Position numbers and translations under genes: made by a program. Positions 13,364 to 23,400 of a DNA stretch of 64,000 nt are shown here, one piece after another. The notes beneath the pieces are model-generated. The model worked only from the letters and a program-made list of their open reading frames with translations, ran no database searches and was not told the DNA's origin. How positions within the stretch are numbered: the stretch's first letter is position 1; the number at the start of each line of letters is the position of its first letter. The stretch is from assembly GCF_041956535.1 (NCBI RefSeq), contig NW_027192193.1, positions 28,792 to 92,791 on the forward strand, given 5' to 3'. This DNA is from Calcarisporiella thermophila CBS 279.70. Its lineage: Eukaryota > Fungi > Calcarisporiellomycota.

Positions 13364-14339
13364 ATGAAAACGCGAAGTGGTTCTACATTGAGCTCTAAAG
13401 GCGTTTCAATATCATCTTCATCTCTCCATTCACATACGGCGACTGGCAATCGACGAGCCAAATGGACAGCTAAGGAGATTGATACATTGATCGCAATTGT
13501 AGAAGAATATTGGGATACGTATATAAAGGGGATTAAAATGGAGATATGGAAGCGTGCGTCAAATAAGCTCGGCTTTACTACACAACAGTGCAAGAACAAA
13601 TACGACTCGCTCCTTAAACTCTGGGTAGCTGTTGAGAAAAAAGAAGGCATGACTGGATCAGATGTTCAAGTGGTTGAACACCGTGATCATTTTGAAAGAT
13701 ACCATGGATCAAGGGAGAATGTGTCACCTTCCTACAAGATTCCTGGGCCTGAGTATAGTACCTCAACTATCAGTGTAGATGATCAAAATCTAGGCAGAAT
13801 TATCAGTGAATCTGTTGAAAGGTGAAAACTAATTTTTTTAGATACAATACAAAATTGTATTGGACGTATATCCGACGTGCCTCATTGAAATATTCTCCGA
13901 TATTGATAGAGAAGAAAACAACTTAAGTACGATGGATAATGAAGTCGGCCCAAGCCAGGAGAGCCATTTTGAGGACGCGGAGGATGTATCTGATGTAGAG
14001 TGGGCAACCCCACCAACGTCTGTTAGCAATCGAACAAAATCTCAAATTGCTAAATCTAGCGGTAAAGGTTCAAAGAATACGATGGAAGTACTTAATGAAT
14101 ATGTAAAAATAATGGCAGACAAAAGGGAGTCGAAGCGCCGTAAAGAGGAAAGCCAGGCACACTTGAGTTATGAGGCGGAGATAAAGAAGTTACGATTGCT
14201 TAACCAAAAGCTAGAATTGGAACGAAATAATATAGAGTTGGAGAGAATTCGGAACACTGAAGAAATTAAATTTAATAATAGGAGGTTAGATATTGAAATG
14301 AAGAAGCTAAATAGAAATAGAGCGCAGGAGGATGAGTAA
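13364..14339 (+). CDS. Harbinger-associated Myb/SANT-like DNA-binding protein (probably 2 exons)
   Basis: KWTAKEIDTLI..W..ASNKLGFTTQQCKNKYDSL trihelix/Myb signature and a C-terminal coiled coil. Confidence 0.75.
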
Positions 14340-14724
14340 AGTACAACGGCTTGTTCATATTCGTACTATCTAACTTTTAGCCATTAACTTCAACTCATCA
14401 ATTCGTTTAACTCTTGTCTTCACCTATATTAATTTCCTAATAATTTCCGAACAATTCACTGTTAATGTAATTGTGTTGGTACGTGTATGGTAATCATAAG
14501 TCCAATTCAATAAAGCATCCTGGTCTTTCTAAGGAACCGGATTACCAGTTAGCACCTACTACATTATTATGGAAAGTGCACCGGATTATATCTGATTAAG
14601 AATTAATTATGAAAGTGATTACAGTATGATCAAATGATAAATTACAACACCGAATATTTAGTACATTGAACCCAAGCTTAACAAAATAAATACCCTTGTA
14701 TTGTGTCATATATACATTGAATGG

Positions 14725-15560
14725 TTAATCGTAGCCGTTTCTTAATAGCACCTCTGTCAACAAGTTACTTCGCTTTTCTTTTCCCAAAGCACGAGCACTT
14801 CTGTCATAATCCGTATTATAGGTCAATTCATCATCCATTTCTTCCAATATATTCCCCTCATCAACCTCCCACTCATCTCCAAAGGATTCAACAAAATTGT
14901 GCAGCATAATTCCACAATGTATCAGCCTACAATTACTCTCCATGCCCTTCAAGCGCAATGAATAGAATGCTGGGAAGCGGTTCTTGAGACGACCAATAGC
15001 TCTTTCAATAATATTTCTAATTTTACTTGAAAATATCGTATTGAATATTCTCTCTTGGCGATTTTGTGGAGATCGAAAAGGCGTGATGCAAAAAGGTGAA
15101 ATGGGATAAGCCGAGTCACCGATAATGTATTCGGGTGGATGCAGTAACACCTCATGTTGCCGAAAAAATTGAGAATTCACATAAACTTTAGCGCCATGGA
15201 CCGACCCAGGCCAGCCAATTTCATAGTCGATAAAGCGAAAATCCGAATCAACAATTAATTGAGCCTGAGCTGCATACTCTTTCTTTCGAGACCAATACGT
15301 TTCGGGATCCTTGCTAGGTGCGAAATTAAGACGAAAATGTGTCCCATCTATAATTCCTACTACATCTGGAAGGCCACTCATATCAAGGAACCTGTTTTTA
15401 ATCTCCTCCTTTCTTCTAGTATTTGGCCAGGTAACATATTCGGGGCGTAGTGATTCAATCGCGAGGGTAATTCGTTTTGTGACTTTGATGACAGTACCTT
15501 CTGCGATCGGATATTTTGAGGCTAAATCGAAAACATCATTGCCATTGGAAAGCCTACACT
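14725..15560 (-). pseudogene. Harbinger (HARBI1/DDE_Tnp_4) transposase, N-terminus lost
   Basis: GIIDGTH, YWSRKKEY, GWPGSVH(G), IIGDSAYP, RNIIERAIGRLKNRF. Upstream sequence is LINE-derived. Confidence 0.88.
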
Positions 15561-16563
15561 TTCGCCTTTCGATTTTAAAGGACATCCACCCATTGTGAGG
15601 TAAGAGCTGTTGTTTATGGGGAGAGAGAGCGTTTCTTCAATGTTGAATTTCTGGGTGAGATCTAATTTGCCGTCCAGACTTCTCCATACTCTCAGTAGGT
15701 GAGACCATATTCCATCTGTTCGGATGAGTTTGCGTTGTGTGTACTGCGTTGCCAGAATACCCATTCCTATTCCAGCTGGAGCGTAGAACTTTTCGAACAT
15801 TTGTATAGTGAGTTGTACCCAAATTGGGCGGATTCCAGTAGACATTGCAGTAGCCATTCTTTGAAACCACGTGGCCAGTATCGCGTCAGTTTGATACTTC
15901 GGGTTAATGAGTCCCAGGCCTTGTCCTGATGGTTGTTGGAGGATTTCCATAGATATCTATGGGCGCCTTCCTCCCCAGATAAAGCTCCTTATGATACTGT
16001 TCACGCACTTTAGGAATTTTGGTGGAGGAGGTATAAGTTGAGATATGTACCATAGTTTAGAGAGCAGGCGGAAGTTTACAAGATGGACTTTTCCTATCAG
16101 TGATAGTGATCTCGTTTTCCATGATTCGACGGTCTTTTGTAACTTGGCTCTCAGTTCTTCGAAGTAGCTTTCCCTCGGGAAGATGCTCTTCGTGCTAAAG
16201 GGTATTCCTAGCAGAGTGAAGGATTCCTCTTCCTGTATATAGCGGCATGGTAGTTGTAGGTGCATCCTTGTGAGTTGGCTTAAGGGGACTGCTTCCGATT
16301 TCTGGCAATTGACTTTGGAGTTGGAAGTTCGCTGGAATCTGTCTATTACCTCGAACAGTGTGTCGGCGTCTCGTTGATCAGCTACTGCCACCGTGATATC
16401 ATCCGCAAAGGCTGTTGTTACAATACTCGGAATGTTGGGTATCTTTATTCCGCTGATCACGCTCCTTAGTTTGATTAGGAGTGGCTCTATGGCTATATTG
16501 TATAGGAGTGGAGAAAGTGGATCCCTTTGTCTTACCCCTTGATTAACTGGGAATGTGGTCCTC
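15560..16563 (-). mobile_element. L1/Tx1-clade non-LTR retrotransposon ORF2 fragment (RT C-terminal half)
   Basis: GVRQRDPLSPLLYNIAIEPL, AFADDITV, SKVNCQKS, LLGIP, W..RSLSLIGKVHLVN, FIWGG*..QGLGL, with an in-frame stop at 15959-15957. Confidence 0.85.
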
Positions 16564-17597
16564 GAATGGCAAGGATCCTTGGCTCGATGGCCAACTCCTC
16601 ATTGGTTAAAATTACCACACTTCACAACATTTCATGTTGCGTCGAATATATGTCTAATAAGGTCTGTCCCGACAATCCTCTAGCTATCCCTAAGCTTTTG
16701 ATTGTCCTTCCTTAAACACTTCAGAAGACTAATAAACAACACAAAGTGGTTTGTAAACTAATCCAGTTCTATCTCAATACAAAATAGCACGTCTTTTATT
16801 GTAAATGAAATATCGGTCTTTTTATACTGTTGTTAACGTATCACATAGGGAAAAATATAAATAATAAAAGTAATAAAATGGAATCATCTCAATATAATAA
16901 AGTTATCATAAAATAAGGTTGGCGTAATAAACAACTGTATAATATTAAATATTAACACAAAAGGGCTCAGTTAAAGAAATAAAGATAATAAAGCGATCAA
17001 GTCACAAAAGCTAAGCCTCCGTTCTCTACTACTGCGCCATTGATACATTTAGTTCCAAATTTCCTCACAACATTTGTTAGAATCTGCGTAGTACATGCGA
17101 GGATAGTTAAGATAATTACTGGTTTATTAAACAAGAATACTATCTGGAACTTAGGATGTCTCCCTTTACTATAGCGGGAGTTCTGTTCAATATATACTAA
17201 AAGAATTACATTACAACGATTACTTAATAATGCTCCGATAATGCTCCGAAATAGCAGGTCTTGAGGGATTACGTGGCTTGGCTTGGTTGTCCTACTGCAG
17301 ATATCTCGATACGATTCCAACACATTCTGTTACGTAGAATATAAGATAGTATATAGAATAAGGATAAGATATTCGTAATCTCAGAAGTTTATCAATGTTT
17401 CTCTTTAATGTAATTCTTCTCTTATTTTAGTTATACTCAGTTTTAGTTAGAAACACTATATAAGTCTTAATGTTCCTTTTGTAATAAGAAAATACAGGAT
17501 TCAAGTTCTTTATTTTTCTATAATTTTTTGGTCTACTTCCCACTATCTTAAGTGCGTGTTCTGCATCAAGGACTGCAGAAAACTTAAGATAGTAATC

Positions 17598-17933
17598 TTT
17601 TTTTTTTTTTGATCAATCAATGGAAACTTTTATTTAATTTCCATATATTACATGAAGTTAATGTCAATGGACTTAATGCGATATAGGTCCTTGATCGATA
17701 GACTTTCAATCGATATGCGTGTATCGCAGTTGTCACGTATAGCATGTACGTGAAACCGATGTAATCTTTTGTACTTATCGTAAGGGCGGTCTTTTCAATA
17801 ACCAAGACTCAGCTTCTGATCAAGTGGATAGCAGCCACAAACTAAGAGTAAGTGCTGGTGGGGGAAGTGGGATTCGAACCCACGCCGTTCTCATCGGCAT
17901 CCCAGGAATAGTCCACTAAACTAACCCTCCCCC
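17598..17933 (-). mobile_element. tRNA-derived SINE, copy A (full length, ~336 bp)
   Basis: Head GGGGGAGGGTTAGTTTAGTGG (A box)..GGTTCGAATCC (B box)..ACCA, body, poly(A) tail. Flanked by ACTTAAGATAGTAAT at 17582-17596 and 17935-17949. Confidence 0.9.
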
Positions 17934-18011
17934 GACTTAAGATAGTAATTTTTTTTTGATCAATTAATGGAAACTTTTATTTAATTTCCATATATTACAT
18001 GAAGTTATGTC

Positions 18012-18283
18012 GTGTGCTAGAGAAGGGATATGCTGTAAGCTAGGATAAATAGGCGAATAGTAGCGGTTTCACGGACAATAGTTTGTTACTATTTAATATT
18101 CCGTAGCGAGACTTTGGTTCAGCCTTCGGATTATATTTTCTGTGACTTACTTTACGTAATTTAAGTGTATAAATAGTCTTTAGATCTTAAGTGTTGTAAG
18201 GACAAGAAGTAACAAGAGTATTATTAGTTTCTTTATATTTTCAATCTCTTTTCAAATATCTCCTTAAACTATCTTGAGCACAC
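18012..18283. repeat. Solo-LTR-like/MITE-like repeat, copy 2, nested in SINE B
   Basis: GTGTGCT...AGCACAC ends; homologous to 12246-12534; flanked by imperfect GAAGTTA(A)TGTC duplication. Confidence 0.7.
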
Positions 18284-18298
18284 GAAAGTTAATGTCAA

Positions 18299-18639
18299 GG
18301 GGGAGGGTTAGTGTAGTGGACTATCCCTGGTATGCCGACGAGAACGGCTTGGGTTCGAATCCCACTTCCCCCACCAGCACTTACTCTTAGTTTGTGACTG
18401 CTATCCACTTGTTCAGAAATTGAGTCTTCATTATTGAAAAGATCGCTCCTACGATAAGTACAAAGATTACATCGGTTTCACGTACAGGCTATTCACGACA
18501 ACTACGATCCACGCAAATCGATTGAACGCCTATCTATCAAGGACCTATATCTCGTCATGTTAAGTCCATTGACATTAACTTCATGTAATATATGGAAATT
18601 AAATAAAAAGTTTCCATTGATTGATCAAAAAAAAAAAAA
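18299..18639 (+). mobile_element. tRNA-derived SINE, copy C (full length), nested in copy B in the opposite orientation
   Basis: Same head, body and poly(A) (18627-18639). AAGTTAATGTCAA duplicated at 18286-18298 and 18642-18654. Confidence 0.9.
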
Positions 18640-18964
18640 TGAAGTTAATGTCAATGGACTTAACATAACGAGATATAGGTCCTGGATCGATAGACGTTCA
18701 ATCGATATGCGTGTATCGTAGTTGACGTGAATAGCATGTACGTGAAACCAATGTAATCGTTGTACTTATCGTAAGGGCGATCTTTTTAATAATCAAGACT
18801 CAGCTTCTGATCAAGTGGATAGCAGTCACAAACTAAGAGTAAGTGCTGGTGGGGGAAGTGGGATTCGAACCCACGCCGTTGACTTAAGATAGTAATCGGA
18901 TAAGCGTGATACGTACATTATCTCAACACCTCCCAACCTTCCACACAACAATTCAACAGAACGA

Positions 18965-19036
18965 TCCGAATTGGTCCAGTGGCTAGGATTTCCCGCTCTC
19001 ACCGGGACGGCCGGGGTTCGATTCCCCGATTCGGAG
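18965..19036 (+). tRNA. tRNA-Glu (anticodon CTC)
   Basis: Full cloverleaf: acceptor TCCGAAT/ATTCGGA, anticodon stem TCCCG/CGGGA with loop CTCTCAC, T arm CGGGG-TTCGATT-CCCCG. Followed by a T6 Pol III terminator. Confidence 0.96.
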
Positions 19037-19415
19037 TAGTTTTTTGCGTTTTTCTCATTATTTTTTGATGTTTTTCTCCCCTGGAAGGGCATAAGGACGT
19101 TCCCCTCGTCGAGAGGAACCGATTGATACCCTTTTTGTGGGGAGTTTCTGCAATTTTTGCGGAATGATCGTAGATGATGAGAAAATCGACGCTGATGATG
19201 GCGATGGTGACTCCGCCAAAACAGCTCCGAATGTCACGGGAACGGTTCAACAGGGACCACTGATGTGTCCTGACCTCGTGGGGACAGGATCTCTCCGCCA
19301 TCCGAGCTGTACGCGGTTCATCTGAGGCTCGGAGACATGGAGCCTTCATTCACATGATGAGGCATCGAGCGACGACGAACCAGACCAGAGAGCACCACCA
19401 GGCGTTGCGCCAAGT
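19014..19415 (+). repeat. ~400 bp direct repeat, copy X1 (tRNA-Glu 3' part plus non-autonomous retroelement-like sequence)
   Basis: Highly similar over its whole length to 25526-25927. Confidence 0.9.
19040..19045 (+). terminator. Pol III oligo-T terminator of tRNA-Glu
   Basis: TTTTTT three bases after the discriminator. Confidence 0.75.
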
Positions 19416-19694
19416 CCCAACTAATGCGAGCGAGAACGCGAGGACCACGTAAGGCGCGTTGCCGCACTGTCTAATAGTGTGGAGACGCGGGGGACACCCC
19501 CGCGTACCCCCATTATTAACAGAAACCCTGCGGACCGGCTATGGAGGAGAATGGCAAAGGTGGAGACTGAGTCAGAGTCAACACGACCGTTGACGTGGGA
19601 TGCTAGCCGCCACAGGATAGCCACGCACGACAATCCGGTATCGACGCTATATGGAGAGGAAGGCACCTCTCACCGGGACGTATTACCCCAACTT

Positions 19695-20431
19695 NNNNNN
19701 NNNNNNNNNNNNNNNNNNNNNNNNNNNNNNNNNNNNNNNNNNNNNNNNNNNNNNNNNNNNNNNNNNNNNNNNNNNNNNNNNNNNNNNNNNNNNNNNNNNN
19801 NNNNNNNNNNNNNNNNNNNNNNNNNNNNNNNNNNNNNNNNNNNNNNNNNNNNNNNNNNNNNNNNNNNNNNNNNNNNNNNNNNNNNNNNNNNNNNNNNNNN
19901 NNNNNNNNNNNNNNNNNNNNNNNNNNNNNNNNNNNNNNNNNNNNNNNNNNNNNNNNNNNNNNNNNNNNNNNNNNNNNNNNNNNNNNNNNNNNNNNNNNNN
20001 NNNNNNNNNNNNNNNNNNNNNNNNNNNNNNNNNNNNNNNNNNNNNNNNNNNNNNNNNNNNNNNNNNNNNNNNNNNNNNNNNNNNNNNNNNNNNNNNNNNN
20101 NNNNNNNNNNNNNNNNNNNNNNNNNNNNNNNNNNNNNNNNNNNNNNNNNNNNNNNNNNNNNNNNNNNNNNNNNNNNNNNNNNNNNNNNNNNNNNNNNNNN
20201 NNNNNNNNNNNNNNNNNNNNNNNNNNNNNNNNNNNNNNNNNNNNNNNNNNNNNNNNNNNNNNNNNNNNNNNNNNNNNNNNNNNNNNNNNNNNNNNNNNNN
20301 NNNNNNNNNNNNNNNNNNNNNNNNNNNNNNNNNNNNNNNNNNNNNNNNNNNNNNNNNNNNNNNNNNNNNNNNNNNNNNNNNNNNNNNNNNNNNNNNNNNN
20401 NNNNNNNNNNNNNNNNNNNNNNNNNNNNNNN
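19695..20431. other. Assembly gap (N run)
   Basis: Run of N characters. Confidence 1.
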
Positions 20432-20440
20432 GATTCGGAG

Positions 20441-23400
20441 TAGTTTTTTCGTTTTTTCTACTTCTTTTTTGCTCCTTGCACGCGTCCGATGCCTCCAAAC
20501 GATCCCCCCAACTGCGACGCATCATTTGATACCCGTTTGGCCAGTGTACGACAAGTTTTCGACGAGTTGGATCGCGATGACGAGATTGCGGGCTCAGATG
20601 AGCGCGAGCACATTGATGCCAGCACTGACCCAAACGAGGAGATAGACCGCGTCCCAAAAACCCCTCCCCCCAGGTCCCCACATGTCCTCCCCTCGAGCGA
20701 TTTGGGCGCACCCATCCCTTGCAGCCAGCGCCGCAACCTCATCAGTGATGATGACCGCTCCGTGGCGCAGCAACGCGAAACGCGACCCACCCTCGACGAC
20801 TCACAGAGGCGCAGCTCCCAATCCCATGTCATCGTCTCCAAGGCGAGAGCCACGGCCAGCGTCCACTGCCCGGCTCCAGACTGCGAATACTGGGGCTTTG
20901 TGCCGAGGACAATCACTCGCCACTACCAGCAGACCCATGGAGGCACTCTAGACTTCCAATGGACCTGCTCGGAGCCCGGTTGCAATCAAGTATCCTGCAG
21001 CCAACAGAAGATATGGGATCACGAACAGGAGCAACACAACCTGCCCTGCTTCGGAACGCCTCCTCTCCACCCATCCGATGTCCCTACAGGAACAAGGATC
21101 TTGGACTACCGCGTCCCGACCAACGCATCCCGCTTCCCATGCCCCTTTACAGACCAATGCTCGCATTCGTCAGCGAGGTGCGACGTGCTGACAAAACACG
21201 TGGAGACTATTCACAACGTCACCATCCGCCAGGTATGGCTCCGCCCTAGACCATATTGTCCCTACGAAACCACAGAGAAGAGGATCGTGATGAAGCACGT
21301 AAAATATGAGTGCCGAGCCAGGGACACGGGAAGCAACCCAATCGTCGAGCCGCCCCCAGCTCAGCCCGATACATGCCCAGGATGTCGCCTCGAAACAGGA
21401 TCTTCCATCGAGCTGCGCAAACACATGCGCATACACCCTGGCCTCACAAACCTAGAGAGCGGAAGGCTATTCGGCCCACTCTCTGAGCAGGACCAGATGC
21501 TGGTGGAGCAAGCGATTGGCGACGTTGGTTACGAGATAGTAGACGTGGTCCACTACCTACGACTCCACCGAACGTGGAGAAGCCCAGCAAGGATCCAGGA
21601 GGCTGTACGGAAGGTAGCCAGTCGCCCACTGAACCAAAGGTTTCCTCACATGAAGGTGCCACAAAATGATACGACCAGATCCATTACGGAGGTCAACTTT
21701 TCATTCTGGCCCATCGTTCACGGAACCAGAAGAACAGAGCGAACTACCCTAACCCCGACGACGAAGAAACCACAGAGACACCCGACCCATACGTCCCAAG
21801 CACAGAGACGAGGGAAGACCCGCAAGAGGAGGCAAACGAGCCACCACTACGACCTCCTCCTCCCATAACTACAAGCTCCTGATATCAACTACGAGTGCCC
21901 CTCTTCAGGAACAAGGAGAATCGAGATCAAGCAGAGAAACTGATCGACGCCATAGTCCGGCGCCATTTGGTACGAGACTCGGACTCCTGGGACACAGTAG
22001 AAAGGAAAGATGCTGGACTTCGAGATGCGCTATGGCAATGCATCCAGGAACTAACAAGTCCACAGAGCCAACGCGGGGAAGAACAAGGGGAAAGGGCACT
22101 CAGAGCGCAAGACACGGAAAGAGATATCACCGCAGAACTAAGGGATCCGAGGCTTCCACGACGCGAACAGAGGCGGCTTCTGCGACAACGGGCAGAACAG
22201 CGCCAAGAAAATGGCTCCCTGTACTTCCAACGGAAATACCAGCACAGACCAAAACAGGTTTTCGAAGAACTAACGGACAAACCACGCTCGCCTCCATGTC
22301 CAATACCGTGTACAAGTCTAGAGGAAACTTTCCGGACGAGATACGCAGAGGACCAAAACGGAACACTCCCTCCACTAAGCCCACGAACGACCCAAGAAGC
22401 AACAGAAATCAGCCAAACCGAGATCCCGGAAGAGGTGGTCCCGGAAACACAGGAGATCTGCCACACAGCCCCGGCCCCAAACGAAGCTGGAGAAGTCGAC
22501 CGGGTGACCGATGAGAACAGCACAGAGGAGCAAGACAGAGGATGGCGCCTCCGAGAGCCCACGATAGAATCGGTGGAAACCAGATTGAGCGCTCTCAACC
22601 AAACCTCTAGTGCAGGCCCAGATGGCATTACCTATGCGATCTGGAAACTCTTCCCGTCATTGACAACATGGCTGGAGGCAATCTTCCGAAAATGCTTCCA
22701 AGAGGCACGGATCCCAGCCCAATGGCGGATCTCCAAAACAATACTCCTGCTAAAGAAGCCGACAGCTGACCCTCTAGACATTGGCAACTGGAGGCCTGTG
22801 AGTCTGATCACAGTCGGAAGAAGAACACAGTCGGAAAGCTATACTTGAGCGTTCTGAACCACTGCATCCGAGAGACATGTTCCACACACCGGCTCCTCTC
22901 TGTGAACCAGAAAGGATTCATGCCCGTGTCGGGCTGCATAGAACATGACTTTACCATCCACACATACATCAGGCAGGCTCGCCGCAAAAGCCGAGACATC
23001 TACATTGTAAGTTACGACTTCAAAGATGCCTTCGGAGCATTAGACCACTCCATAATCCGACAGGCGATAAATGGACTGGGGTTCATTGAAATAGCCCAAC
23101 GTCAGATCATGAGTATGTACGAAGATATCGGCTTCTGGGTGGAATCGACCGAAGGATGCACCCCAATCATCCCACAAAAACACGGAGTGAAACAGGGGGA
23201 TCCCAGCTCACCCTTGATCTTCAACTTGTTCCTGGAATATCTATCCCGTAAACTCAATCGCATCACCACCACCCCAAACATCCCGACTAAGCACCTGCTT
23301 TTGGCCGACAACCTCATCACCATTGCCGACAACCCGAGCACATGCCAAGCACTGCATGAAGAGGTAGTGGAGTTCTGTCACATGACTGGAATAGAGATCC

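Larger units (their letters stand above)
12961..15560. mobile_element. PIF/Harbinger DNA transposon (Myb/SANT gene plus DDE transposase, convergent), truncated on the right
   Basis: Two-gene layout typical of Harbinger. GGGGTGGTTCAC at 12961 is a candidate left TIR; no partner TIR found. Confidence 0.75.
17950..18880 (-). mobile_element. tRNA-derived SINE, copy B (5'-truncated; interrupted by LTR-like repeat and SINE C)
   Basis: Poly(T) at 17950-17957; body resumes at ~18640-18880. 16 bp TSD GACTTAAGATAGTAAT at 17934-17949 and 18881-18896. Confidence 0.88.

Noticed and set aside
17329-17568. Possible solo LTR (TGTTACG...GCATCA with TATA-like box)
   Set aside because: No TSD, second copy, PBS or PPT in the window; cannot be supported.
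17856-17933. SINE heads as functional tRNA genes (including tRNA-Sec or a tmRNA-like domain)
   Set aside because: No canonical anticodon arm or UCA anticodon; each is fused to a common body, poly(A) and TSDs, so they are SINE heads.
19260-19380. Hammerhead ribozyme in X1/X2 (CTGATG.., TGATGAG)
   Set aside because: No CUGANGA plus GAAA core with compatible stems found.
19479-20711. Long ORFs spanning poly-X
   Set aside because: Artefacts of reading through the N gap.
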